64,000 nucleotides of DNA. It comes from an uncultured virus (IMG/VR IMGVR_UViG_3300035682_000007) (Duplodnaviria; Heunggongvirae; Uroviricota; Caudoviricetes). A model generated the notes under the pieces. That model did no database searches, was not told where the DNA came from, and was given only the letters and a program-made list of their open reading frames with translations. Both the position numbers and the translations under genes were made by a program. Where the stretch lies: IMG/VR virus record IMGVR_UViG_3300035682_000007; one strand, written 5' to 3'. Below, piece by piece: positions 9,323 through 19,046 of this stretch (position 1 is its first letter; each line of letters starts with the position of its first letter).

Positions 9323-10531
9323 TTAAAGGCTTATTTTAATCCCTAAGGCAATAAATTCATTAACATTTTTAACTATATGACGGTCAGTTTTAGCTATTGC
9401 TATAAGATTACCTAAATCATCATATAACCCAATTTCACTAATTCTTGGGTTATCACCAGCACCTATTGTAATATTTGTTGATGTACCAAATTCACCTCTA
9501 TCAGCAATACATGTTATATTTTGATAAATATCTGTTGATACGCTATCAAATGTTATTGTGGTTCCTGTTGTTGTTCCTGAAGTTAACTCACCAATACTAT
9601 TAACAATTGTTGGATGAGTTAATACAATTATACCTTTATCTAAATAAGCAACACCAACAATAGTATCAGCTGTAAGGCTTAAATTAGTATTTGTTTGAAA
9701 ATTAAATAATTGTTTTTTGTTAAGACTAAAAGGTTTATGTGTGTTCCAACCAGTTGCCCATGACAAGGTTGAATCGCCATTTGGTTTATTAATATCATCA
9801 CAAAACAAAAATGTTATATTATCATCAATATTTTTAGAATTTATTGATGTATCGTAGATATTAGCATCTTCAATATTTAATGCAATATTTTTATTTTCAT
9901 ATGTACCGTAAATTGTAAATGTACCAGCAGTAGTTGGTAAATCCATTTTAATAGTTTTACCAACTATTGTTTCACCATATGTTGTATTATCGATAGCAAA
10001 AACACCAATATTAGTAGTAGCTAAACCACTAAATGCCGTATCAGCAAAACCACCATTTGTGTTAGTTACTGCAGTATACATATAATCATTATTTGCATTT
10101 AAGGGTAAACCAAATGAATAATATAAATTAACATAACTATTAGTATCGTATGAATTTCTATCAATAACTAATCTAGTTAAATTTGTTCCACTAACAGTTG
10201 TAAATCCATTAAATATACTTTCGGTTACTATATTAACAGATTGTGATTCAACATTTTTTTTAGTAATACCTTGTCTATTAACATATAATAAACTTTTTAA
10301 CACTATATTATCTGTTACTCCATTACCTACTGAATTTAATGGTCCAATATCACCAGCTAACGATGGTACTTCACCACTATTTAAAGGATATGCTGTATAA
10401 TAATTAGCATCTGAATCACCTAGGCTAAATGTTGTTATTAAAGCGTTATTTGTAGAAACTAATCTTTTTCTACCTAAAGGTGTCAACTTAGCTACTAAGT
10501 TAATTGACGGTGTTATACTATTAAATCCCAT
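9323..10531 (-). CDS. virion structural protein, tail collar/fibre-attachment-like
   Basis: N-terminal KLTPLGR...LGDSD and C-terminal ISEIGLYDDLGNLIAIAK. Confidence 0.6.
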   Translation of the reverse strand: MGFNSITPSINLVAKLTPLGRKRLVSTNNALITTFSLGDSDANYYTAYPLNSGEVPSLAGDIGPLNSVGNGVTDNIVLKSLLYVNRQGITKKNVESQSVNIVTESIFNGFTTVSGTNLTRLVIDRNSYDTNSYVNLYYSFGLPLNANNDYMYTAVTNTNGGFADTAFSGLATTNIGVFAIDNTTYGETIVGKTIKMDLPTTAGTFTIYGTYENKNIALNIEDANIYDTSINSKNIDDNITFLFCDDINKPNGDSTLSWATGWNTHKPFSLNKKQLFNFQTNTNLSLTADTIVGVAYLDKGIIVLTHPTIVNSIGELTSGTTTGTTITFDSVSTDIYQNITCIADRGEFGTSTNITIGAGDNPRISEIGLYDDLGNLIAIAKTDRHIVKNVNEFIALGIKISL

Positions 10532-10532
10532 A

Positions 10533-12674
10533 TTAAAAATCCATGCTTAATTCTAAAGTTGTTATGTTTGATGCCTTTAAAGGAACTGGCGTACTAAGTT
10601 TTCCAATACAAACAAGATTTTTGTTTGCATCATAAATTCCAACCTCACTTACTTTTATGGCACTTGGGTTTGTTGATAGTTCGTTACTTCTAGTCGGATT
10701 TGTTGTAAATTTAAACTCATTAGTAATTTCAATATCAAATATTGTTTTAAAAATAGTAGCCCCAATATATGTGTTTATATTCCCATAAAAAAATCTTTCA
10801 TCACCAAATTGTAAATCATCTGGTGAAAGATTTGGTGCCATTGACATTGATGAGGTAATATCAAATATTGTTGATGCTCCATCATTTATTAAATTTAAAT
10901 TAAACCCATTTACAAATGGTGTTTGATTTTCTAATAATTTAGGGTCAATAGTTTCATTATTATTACCAGTTATACTAGTAGATGTAAAATTATATGTTTT
11001 CCATAAATTTGAACTTGGTCTAATAGACGCATCAGAAACTTTTTGATAAACTAATTTAAATTTATGTGCTTGAAATCCTAACCCATCATAATCAAATGAC
11101 TCAATCTTACGCATGTATGGTAATAAATCAGTACCTATTAATCTAAAATCAATATCTTTAGGTGCTGAAGTATTGTTGGTTATTTTAACATAAGTTTGAC
11201 AAGGAATGCTAGTTCTTAAATTATTAATAGGGTTATTATCTTCTAAACTATACGTTAAATACATTGTTTCATTAACACCTAAAATACCAGTAGAAGTTCC
11301 ACCACTAGGAGCGGCTAATGTTGCTGATAATTCTGGAAGAGTCCAATTTCTATTTGATTTATAAGATAATGCAGAAACAATTTCATCATTATCAAAAATT
11401 ATCATTTTTAATTGTGGGAAAACTTTACCCACTGATACTGGAGCTATAGCTGAAGATATCATACTAGAATCTTCCATTAAGTCTATATATTGAATTTCAC
11501 TATTTCCAATTAATTTTGTATTACCTGAAGCAATAAAATTCATACCCATTGTCATTCCACTAGCAGTTTTAAAATCTCGTCTATGATACATTAATTCTGG
11601 AAGAAATACCTCAACTATTTTATTTTTTGTTGCATCAACATATAAAAATTCACCATATAAATTGGAAATACTATTATTTGTAAAATGAATAATAGATATA
11701 GATTTTTTTACTTCATCGATATAACTATTACCAACTGAATTACAATAAGTAGTTACAGTATCGGCTGATACTTCTGAAAGATATTCACAATAAGGATTCA
11801 TAAAACCTAAAAATGGATATGAACCAAATTTAGTAAAATCTTCATACGTATTTAAATTACTTATACCTGCTGGGTTTTCTCTCCATACATTATTCATATT
11901 CCAAACTGGAACATCGTGGCATGTTACATTATTATTTGATTGAAATGCAAGTGTTCCTGTATCCCAGTAAGCAACAGTAGTACCTGTTGCTATTGTATCA
12001 TAAACTTCACCACTTTTATAAATTATGATTTGTGAATTAACACTATCAACAGGACTATTTGGTAGATTTCTATCTAATGTTACGTTTGTTGATGTTTTTT
12101 CTTTTATTTTAAACCATAAATTAGGTATTGGTCTAGTTGTTTCATCAACAACAACATTACCTAATGTGTTATTACCTAATTTAAGTAACATAAAGTCACC
12201 TACACTAAATAATGTTGTATTACTTAGTTCTAATTGAGTTCCACCTGTTAATTTGTTACTAATAATACTTTGAGTATATGGAGTATAAGTGGAACCAGTA
12301 AGTGTAGTATAAATACCATTATTATTAACAAAAAAACCTCTTTCTTCTGCTTTATTATTTACAACAGCTTTAATAACATTTTTTTGACCGTTTTTAAATT
12401 CATTATAAATTGTGCTATTATTTGTAGTAATAAAATACTTAAGATTTGGTTGTTGGTCAAATGGTTTAAGTATTCTTGTTGTTGCTGTTAATGAACCAAT
12501 AGGTGGAACGGTAGATGTTGCAACATCAACGATAGCTTCTCTATCGTAATTTATTTCAGAATCACCAATTCCCCAATAAGAAAAAGTTAATTGACCTAAT
12601 GATAATTGTTGTCTACCAATTTCTGTTAGTTTTATACTAACGAAAGGACTTGCGTTGTTTATAATGTAACTCAT
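10533..12674 (-). CDS. virion structural protein, paralogue of the adjacent gene
   Basis: KLTEIGR...IGDSE and C-terminal VSEVGIYDANKNLVCIGK. Confidence 0.6.
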   Translation of the reverse strand: MSYIINNASPFVSIKLTEIGRQQLSLGQLTFSYWGIGDSEINYDREAIVDVATSTVPPIGSLTATTRILKPFDQQPNLKYFITTNNSTIYNEFKNGQKNVIKAVVNNKAEERGFFVNNNGIYTTLTGSTYTPYTQSIISNKLTGGTQLELSNTTLFSVGDFMLLKLGNNTLGNVVVDETTRPIPNLWFKIKEKTSTNVTLDRNLPNSPVDSVNSQIIIYKSGEVYDTIATGTTVAYWDTGTLAFQSNNNVTCHDVPVWNMNNVWRENPAGISNLNTYEDFTKFGSYPFLGFMNPYCEYLSEVSADTVTTYCNSVGNSYIDEVKKSISIIHFTNNSISNLYGEFLYVDATKNKIVEVFLPELMYHRRDFKTASGMTMGMNFIASGNTKLIGNSEIQYIDLMEDSSMISSAIAPVSVGKVFPQLKMIIFDNDEIVSALSYKSNRNWTLPELSATLAAPSGGTSTGILGVNETMYLTYSLEDNNPINNLRTSIPCQTYVKITNNTSAPKDIDFRLIGTDLLPYMRKIESFDYDGLGFQAHKFKLVYQKVSDASIRPSSNLWKTYNFTSTSITGNNNETIDPKLLENQTPFVNGFNLNLINDGASTIFDITSSMSMAPNLSPDDLQFGDERFFYGNINTYIGATIFKTIFDIEITNEFKFTTNPTRSNELSTNPSAIKVSEVGIYDANKNLVCIGKLSTPVPLKASNITTLELSMDF

Positions 12675-12706
12675 GTTTATAAATGTGTTTTATGTTTATT
12701 TTAATT

Positions 12707-12714
12707 ATAAATAT
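12707..12714 (-). promoter_or_regulatory. putative late promoter ATATTTAT
   Basis: Recurrent intergenic motif upstream of the start at 12674. Confidence 0.6.
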
Positions 12715-12730
12715 ACAATAGTAAATAATA

Positions 12731-14203
12731 TTAGTAACTATTAATAGAATTAATTTGAATTGTTATTGGAATAATATCACTATACGTTACAGCACTTATT
12801 GAATTACCGCAAAATGTAATGTAATTTTTTTCATTTTTTATTCTATAATATAATTGAGTACCTACATTTCCACTTATATTAAGTGGAATTCCATATGCTG
12901 TAACACCAACTGAATAATTAGTTGTAGCCGTAAATATAATATTATTAAATGATTTTGAATCACTTGTTTCTAATGTAAATAACCCATTTATTTTTTGTGG
13001 TGGTGAGGCTATTGAAAAACTAACCAATGGGTTAGCTTCTATAACACCATTAATTATTGCTACTTGAGGATAATATGCTATAGTTATTATATCACCAATA
13101 ACTAAATCACCTTCTAATATTAATCGTTTTTTATTACTTGTAGATTGATAAAAATCTATTTCATTTGCCAATGTAACACCATTAATCATTACTATTATTG
13201 AATTACTATCATTAGTTTCAACACTAGTAAATAATTCAAATTTGTTAGAATTAGTATTGAAATAATATCTGTTACTACCTTCATTGGATGTGTTTCCACT
13301 TATGATTGGATTATAAATAAAAATATTATCTGTTATTAAACTATTTCCTTGGCCATTGGTAGTATATATAACCGTAATTATGTCATCAGGTAATATATCA
13401 CTATTAAGTGTTATTAATGTACCTGAAAAAGTATAGTCAGCATCTGGTGATAATGTTAAACCATTTAATGTTATAACAAAATTACCTGAATAATCACTTA
13501 TAGCAAATGTTCTATATGGTGTTGCTGGTATTAAATTATCATTATCATCATACTCTGGTTCTGGAAAACTTAATACTATTGTTTGTTGTCTTAATGTATT
13601 ATCTGGATAATTATTTGAATTATTTAATAAAAAATTTGGTGAATCTGGTTGTTGTATAGCCGAGAAATAATAATCAACATTACTGTTATATAAACCATAT
13701 TCACTACCATTTTTATAAGCTAATGTATTTATTTTTTTACCTAATTTATTTAAAAAATTGGTACATACATCAAAATCATAATAACCTTTAATTAAATATT
13801 CACCATCTAAAGATAAACCACTTACTGGAATGTTTTCTAATGTTGTGTTTGTCCCACTAAAAGCTGAATAATTAATAATATTAGATTTATATACTGGTGT
13901 TTTATCAAAAGAACTAATAGAATCACTATACTTATAAATTTCATATTTAAAAGAAGCACTAGTTGCTGAAAAACTATCAGTATTACCAGTAAATTCAAAT
14001 GTTAAAGGTATTGTAGATGTTGATGTGGTAATATAAGTACCACCACTAGTTGAACCCGTGCAATTAATTTTAGTAGCACCATTTACGTTAAATAAAGGTG
14101 CATTAAATACACATATATCAGAAGACATGTTAACATTAACATTATTTCTATTTCTCAAAGCACTATTATTGTTTTGTATGTATATTTTTTGTTGATATCT
14201 CAT
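12731..14203 (-). CDS. virion structural protein with repeated beta modules
   Basis: Two V..NG.TL...D(Y/F)...L....D.I...Y repeats; structural module context. Confidence 0.6.
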   Translation of the reverse strand: MRYQQKIYIQNNNSALRNRNNVNVNMSSDICVFNAPLFNVNGATKINCTGSTSGGTYITTSTSTIPLTFEFTGNTDSFSATSASFKYEIYKYSDSISSFDKTPVYKSNIINYSAFSGTNTTLENIPVSGLSLDGEYLIKGYYDFDVCTNFLNKLGKKINTLAYKNGSEYGLYNSNVDYYFSAIQQPDSPNFLLNNSNNYPDNTLRQQTIVLSFPEPEYDDNDNLIPATPYRTFAISDYSGNFVITLNGLTLSPDADYTFSGTLITLNSDILPDDIITVIYTTNGQGNSLITDNIFIYNPIISGNTSNEGSNRYYFNTNSNKFELFTSVETNDSNSIIVMINGVTLANEIDFYQSTSNKKRLILEGDLVIGDIITIAYYPQVAIINGVIEANPLVSFSIASPPQKINGLFTLETSDSKSFNNIIFTATTNYSVGVTAYGIPLNISGNVGTQLYYRIKNEKNYITFCGNSISAVTYSDIIPITIQINSINSY

Positions 14204-14445
14204 TAATAATCTATTTGTAATGTAATCATTGGAATGTTATGTGGGTTTTTTAATCCATACGCTAAAGGCATCGTCAAAGCTTCTGTATATTCAGTTTGTT
14301 TAAGATTTTGTAGATAAGCAACATAACCATATAAATTAATATAATCTTCTTCTTGAATAAGTCCAGTAATAGATGTAACATAAAACACATTTCCTACAAA
14401 ATATGGTTTTACGTTAGCTTCTATTTTTTTTATTAATTGTGGCAT
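14203..14445 (-). CDS. hypothetical protein (80 aa)
   Basis: Coupled ORF in the structural operon. Confidence 0.65.
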   Translation of the reverse strand: MPQLIKKIEANVKPYFVGNVFYVTSITGLIQEEDYINLYGYVAYLQNLKQTEYTEALTMPLAYGLKNPHNIPMITLQIDY

Positions 14446-14483
14446 GTTTTTATTATAATTATCTAATTTATTATTTTAATTTT

Positions 14484-15455
14484 TTAAATTATTGGTCCGC
14501 TAATATCAAAACTACACGAAAGTTCAAAAGCAGTAATAGTATTACCAGTAAATGTTGCAAAAGTACTAATATAACCTTTGTAACCATCTTTAAAATGTAT
14601 AGTAGGGCTACTACCACCACCTAATGGTATTGTTGAAAGATTAAGAGTTTGAGTTGATGTTACCCCAGTTATATTATAAGCACTTGATAAGGTTTTTCTA
14701 ATTAAATTATTTCCACCACTATCAAACGTAAATAAATATAATCCATTATCTTGAAAATCAATATCTGTGTAATTACCACTTGCTGTATAATTTAATGTTC
14801 CACCAGTTATCACCCATGGGCTGCTCAATGTATATCTTGCTGTTGTAGTTCCAAGTAGTATCATATTTAACCCATCAGAACTAAATTTAATTGCTTTTAC
14901 ACTAGAACCTGTTGTTCCAGTATATTCTAATGTAGAAGAATTTAAAGTCATTGTATTTATATTCCAAGCAGTACTCAAAGTATATTTTTGTATAAGACCT
15001 GTTTGACCACCACATGTAAATATTTGTAAACCATCTGGAGAAAAATAATGACCAAGTGTTTGAGTTTCTCCTATCGAATATGCTGTATTTATAGATATTG
15101 CCGCTGGATTTACAAATGGGAAAAATGGTGCATTAGAACCATTTGTGGTGCCAGTTATTATAATACTTGACACATTCCATGGAGTAGTTAAATTATAAGC
15201 TATAATAGGGTCTCTAACACTACCTCCAGTTAAACCATTGTTATGTTGTGTAAGATATAATTGCGTACCATCTGATTTAAAAGATGAATAACTACGTACT
15301 CTTAATTGATTGAATGTTTCTAAATTATTTCTTGTTTGTGGAGTACAACTTGTACATACATCATCAGTCAACGCAAAACTATAACCAATTGAATCTCCTG
15401 TAACACAAGCTGTATCTCCAGCAACTCTAAAAATATCCCTTTTAAAATTCCACAT
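14484..15455 (-). CDS. beta-propeller-like protein, possible adhesin
   Basis: Repeated F(S/K)xDG...YxLSxxW blades; directly downstream of the fibre gene. Confidence 0.65.
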   Translation of the reverse strand: MWNFKRDIFRVAGDTACVTGDSIGYSFALTDDVCTSCTPQTRNNLETFNQLRVRSYSSFKSDGTQLYLTQHNNGLTGGSVRDPIIAYNLTTPWNVSSIIITGTTNGSNAPFFPFVNPAAISINTAYSIGETQTLGHYFSPDGLQIFTCGGQTGLIQKYTLSTAWNINTMTLNSSTLEYTGTTGSSVKAIKFSSDGLNMILLGTTTARYTLSSPWVITGGTLNYTASGNYTDIDFQDNGLYLFTFDSGGNNLIRKTLSSAYNITGVTSTQTLNLSTIPLGGGSSPTIHFKDGYKGYISTFATFTGNTITAFELSCSFDISGPII

Positions 15456-15458
15456 AAA

Positions 15459-18400
15459 TTATGCTTTTAAATTACCTAATAATTGGTAAACATTGCTTGA
15501 ACCAACTTGTTCAACATATGCATTATAATTTTGACCTTTTATTTTTAACATACTACCTGGTGAGTTTATTGTAACACCAACACCACCAACAAAATTAACA
15601 TCTGCAGTTCCTTGTTGAATGAAACCAATACTTATTTTTTGTAATAAACCAGTTGGTATTGTTATGGTAACTGGTGTTGCATTATTATTAATTAATATTG
15701 TATAATTATTGTCAAGACTACTTGCTGTATAATTTGATGTAATTGTTTTTTGTAAATTTATTAATGTTACGACATTACCACTTAAATCAACACCAATTGG
15801 TTCTCCATCATTTGTTACCCCAGTTAATCTTTCAAGTCTTAATCCTGATGTATTAGCAGATTGACTATAAATATGAAGTGTATTTGTTGGATTAACCACA
15901 TTAATACCAATTCTACCTTGTGTTTGTCCTGTTATACTTGGATTACCTGTTGTTATTTCATATGTATTTTTTCCAAATAAAACACCACCTAAGTTAATAC
16001 TATTTGTTGTTCCTGAAGGTAATGATATATTTGTACCGATTATTATATTATTTGAACCAACATTATTATTGGTAAAAGACCCACCAACTTTATAACCAAA
16101 GAAATTTGAATAACTAGCATTTGTTGCTTGATAACCAGCTTCATAACCCATGAAGTTTGAATCATTAGCACTTATTGCACTATAACCAACACCATTACCA
16201 AAGAAATTTGAACTATTAGCACTATATGCACGGTTACCAGCACTATCACCAAAGAAATTTGAATTACTAGCATTTGTTGTGTTATAACCAGCTCTATCAC
16301 CAAAGAAATTTGAACTAGAAGCACCTGTTGCACCATAACCAGCACTATTACCAAAGAAATTTGAATTATAAGCATTTGTTGCTTGAAGACCAGCTTGATA
16401 ACCTAAGAAATTTGAATTATCAGCATTTGTTGCTTGATAACCAGTATTAAAACCAAAGAAATTTGAATTATTAGCAAGAATTGCCAATTGACCAGCACTA
16501 TTACCAAAAAAATTAGAGTATTGAGCTAAATTAGCACCACTACCAGCTTCGTTACCCATAAAGTTTGAATTACTAGCTTGATTTGTTAAATAACCAGCGT
16601 TATAACCAAAGAAATTTGAATCGTTTGAAAAAACACTTTTACCACCAGCACCATTACCCATGAAATTAGATTGGTAAGCACTTGTTGCACCACTACCAGC
16701 ACCAGCACCCATAAAATTTGAATCATAAGCACTTGTTGCACTATAACCAGCATTTTGACCTATGAAATTTGATTTATCAGCATTTGTTGCTTGATAACCA
16801 GCATTTGTTCCTTGGAAATTCTTTCCATTAATTAAATCATGGTTATAATCCAATACTTGTTGTAATGAAGGTGTTGACCCACTTGCACTACTTCCAGATA
16901 TTGTAACAACATTACCGCTTAAATCAACACCTATAGCTTGACCAACACTTATCGGACTACTACTAATAAGTCTTTCTAACCTTAATCCTGATGTATTAGC
17001 AGATTGACTATAAATATGAAGTGTATTTGTTGGATTAACTACGTTAATCCCAATTCTACCTTGTGTTTGTGCAGATATACTTGGAGTACCTGTTGTGGCT
17101 GAATATGTATTTTTTCCAAATAAAACACCACCTAAGTTTATTGAATTTGTTGTTCCAGCAGGTAATGATATATTTGTTCCAATAATTATATTATTTGAAC
17201 CTAAGCTACCTAAAACACCACCATTACCAACATTATAACCAAATAAATTTGAATTGCTGGCACCTGTTGCTTGATAACCAGCATTTCGCCCTAAGAAATT
17301 TGATTGGTTAGCACTTGTTGCACTATAACCAGCATAAATTCCAAAGAAATTTGATTGATAAGCATTAGTTGCTAAATAACCAGCTTCATAACCCATAAAG
17401 TTTGAATATTGAGCACTTGTTGCATAAGCACCAGCTCGATTACCAATGAAATTTGAATTACTAGCACCTGTTGCTCCAACACCAGGTAGATAACCTATAA
17501 AATTTGAAGTACTAGCATTTGTTGCATCATAACCAGCATAAGCACCAATAAAATTTGAATTGCTGGCACCTGTTGCTTGATAACCAGCATATTGACCCAA
17601 GAAATTTGAATCATTAGCGTTTCTTGCATAACCACCAGCATATTGACCTATAAAATTTGAATTACTAGCACCTGTTGCCAAATAACCAGCATCAGTACCT
17701 AAGAAATTTGAATAAGTAGCAGCTGTTGCACCAAAACCAGCATTTTCACCAAAAAAGTTTGAATTATTAGCATTTGTTGCTTGATAACCAGCTTGTAAAC
17801 CAAAGAAATTTGAATTATTAGCATGGGTTGCTTGAGAACCAGCTTGATACCCCATAAAATTTGAATGAGAAGCACCTGTTGCACCATTACCTGCAGCATT
17901 ACCCATGAAGTTTGAATAACTAGCATTTGTTGCACCATAACCAGCATCAGTACCTAAGAAATTTGAATATGATGCTCCTGTTGCACCATAACCAGCATAT
18001 TGACCCAAGAAATTTGAATTAGCAGCATCCGTTGCACCATTACCAGCATTTTCACCTAAGAAATTTGAGTATTCGGCATTTGTTGTTTGATAACCAGCAA
18101 AATCACCCAAGAAATTTGAATTATTTGCATTTTGTGAATTCCAACCAGCATGATTACCTAAAAAATTTGATTGGTAAGCACCTGATGCATATTGCCCAGC
18201 ATTATTACCAAAGAAATTTGAATTATAAGCAGCTGACCCACCCCAACCAGCTTGAGTACCCATGAAATTTGATTGGTAAGCACCTGATGCATATTGCCCA
18301 GCATTATTACCAAAGAAATTTGAATTGCTGGCACCTGTTGCTTGATAACCAGCAGCATTACCAATGAAATTTGAATATGATGCACTTTTTGCTCCACTAC

Positions 18401-18995
18401 CAGCATCAGGCCCAAAAAAGTTTGAATATGACGCACCTGTTGCTTGATAACCAGTACCAACTAATCCAGTTGAAAATAAACTATTGGTATTTTCAACTGT
18501 TATTGGCGATGATGTTCCACTAGCAAACCCACTTACATTAAATATTGTACCACTATTATTAGTAAAAGTAGCAATACCAGTATTTTGATTATAAGTACCA
18601 CCAGTAGTAAATGTATCTGTATATCCACTACTAAAACCACTTACACTAAATGTTCCACCACTATTATTGGTAAAACTAACAATACCCGTATTTGAATTAT
18701 AAGTTCCACCAGTAATAGTCATATCAGTAGCTAATATACCTAAATTTTGTGTAAAATTGGTATTATCATTATTTCTAATTGTTAAATCATAATTACCTTG
18801 ATTAAAAGTAAAACCAGTTACATAAGTATTAGACCCAGAAAAAGTGACCTCGTTTTCTATTAAATCAATTATTTGTTGCATGTCTGCTTTATATGAGCTA
18901 CCATTAGGGTCTTGTGAAGTATCATTAATTAATACAACATGCATAATATCTGTTAATGTAAGTCCCGATGCTTTTTGTCTTTCAGTTAATTTCAT
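15459..18995 (-). CDS. tail fibre/adhesin with 17-aa beta-solenoid repeats (autotransporter-head-like)
   Basis: ~24 plus ~14 repeats SNFxGxxAGxxAxxAxx; duplicated neck RIGINVVNPTNTLHI; C-terminal beta domain. Confidence 0.8.
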   Translation of the reverse strand: MKLTERQKASGLTLTDIMHVVLINDTSQDPNGSSYKADMQQIIDLIENEVTFSGSNTYVTGFTFNQGNYDLTIRNNDNTNFTQNLGILATDMTITGGTYNSNTGIVSFTNNSGGTFSVSGFSSGYTDTFTTGGTYNQNTGIATFTNNSGTIFNVSGFASGTSSPITVENTNSLFSTGLVGTGYQATGASYSNFFGPDAGSGAKSASYSNFIGNAAGYQATGASNSNFFGNNAGQYASGAYQSNFMGTQAGWGGSAAYNSNFFGNNAGQYASGAYQSNFLGNHAGWNSQNANNSNFLGDFAGYQTTNAEYSNFLGENAGNGATDAANSNFLGQYAGYGATGASYSNFLGTDAGYGATNASYSNFMGNAAGNGATGASHSNFMGYQAGSQATHANNSNFFGLQAGYQATNANNSNFFGENAGFGATAATYSNFLGTDAGYLATGASNSNFIGQYAGGYARNANDSNFLGQYAGYQATGASNSNFIGAYAGYDATNASTSNFIGYLPGVGATGASNSNFIGNRAGAYATSAQYSNFMGYEAGYLATNAYQSNFFGIYAGYSATSANQSNFLGRNAGYQATGASNSNLFGYNVGNGGVLGSLGSNNIIIGTNISLPAGTTNSINLGGVLFGKNTYSATTGTPSISAQTQGRIGINVVNPTNTLHIYSQSANTSGLRLERLISSSPISVGQAIGVDLSGNVVTISGSSASGSTPSLQQVLDYNHDLINGKNFQGTNAGYQATNADKSNFIGQNAGYSATSAYDSNFMGAGAGSGATSAYQSNFMGNGAGGKSVFSNDSNFFGYNAGYLTNQASNSNFMGNEAGSGANLAQYSNFFGNSAGQLAILANNSNFFGFNTGYQATNADNSNFLGYQAGLQATNAYNSNFFGNSAGYGATGASSSNFFGDRAGYNTTNASNSNFFGDSAGNRAYSANSSNFFGNGVGYSAISANDSNFMGYEAGYQATNASYSNFFGYKVGGSFTNNNVGSNNIIIGTNISLPSGTTNSINLGGVLFGKNTYEITTGNPSITGQTQGRIGINVVNPTNTLHIYSQSANTSGLRLERLTGVTNDGEPIGVDLSGNVVTLINLQKTITSNYTASSLDNNYTILINNNATPVTITIPTGLLQKISIGFIQQGTADVNFVGGVGVTINSPGSMLKIKGQNYNAYVEQVGSSNVYQLLGNLKA
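15838..17201. repeat. ~221-bp intragenic direct duplication (15838-16058 / 16981-17201)
   Basis: First 59 nt identical; offset 1143 nt, in frame. Confidence 0.9.
16090..18455 (-). repeat. two arrays of degenerate 51-bp coding tandem repeats
   Basis: Recurrent aagaaatttgaa...taaccagc units at about 16090-16820 and 17235-18455. Confidence 0.9.
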
Positions 18996-19009
18996 TTCTT
19001 TGTTTATTT

Positions 19010-19017
19010 ATAAATAT
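19010..19017 (-). promoter_or_regulatory. putative late promoter ATATTTAT
   Basis: 14 nt upstream of the fibre ATG. Confidence 0.6.
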
Positions 19018-19046
19018 TATAAAATACGTAATGTTTTAATTTTTAT

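Noticed and set aside
15867..17017. ATATTTAT copies inside the duplicated fibre neck
   Set aside because: Explained by His-Ile-Tyr codons and chance in AT-rich DNA
16090..18455. CRISPR array or DGR template/variable repeats
   Set aside because: Repeats are in-frame degenerate coding units with no unique spacers; no adenine-specific mismatch pattern noticed and no reverse transcriptase or cas gene in the window
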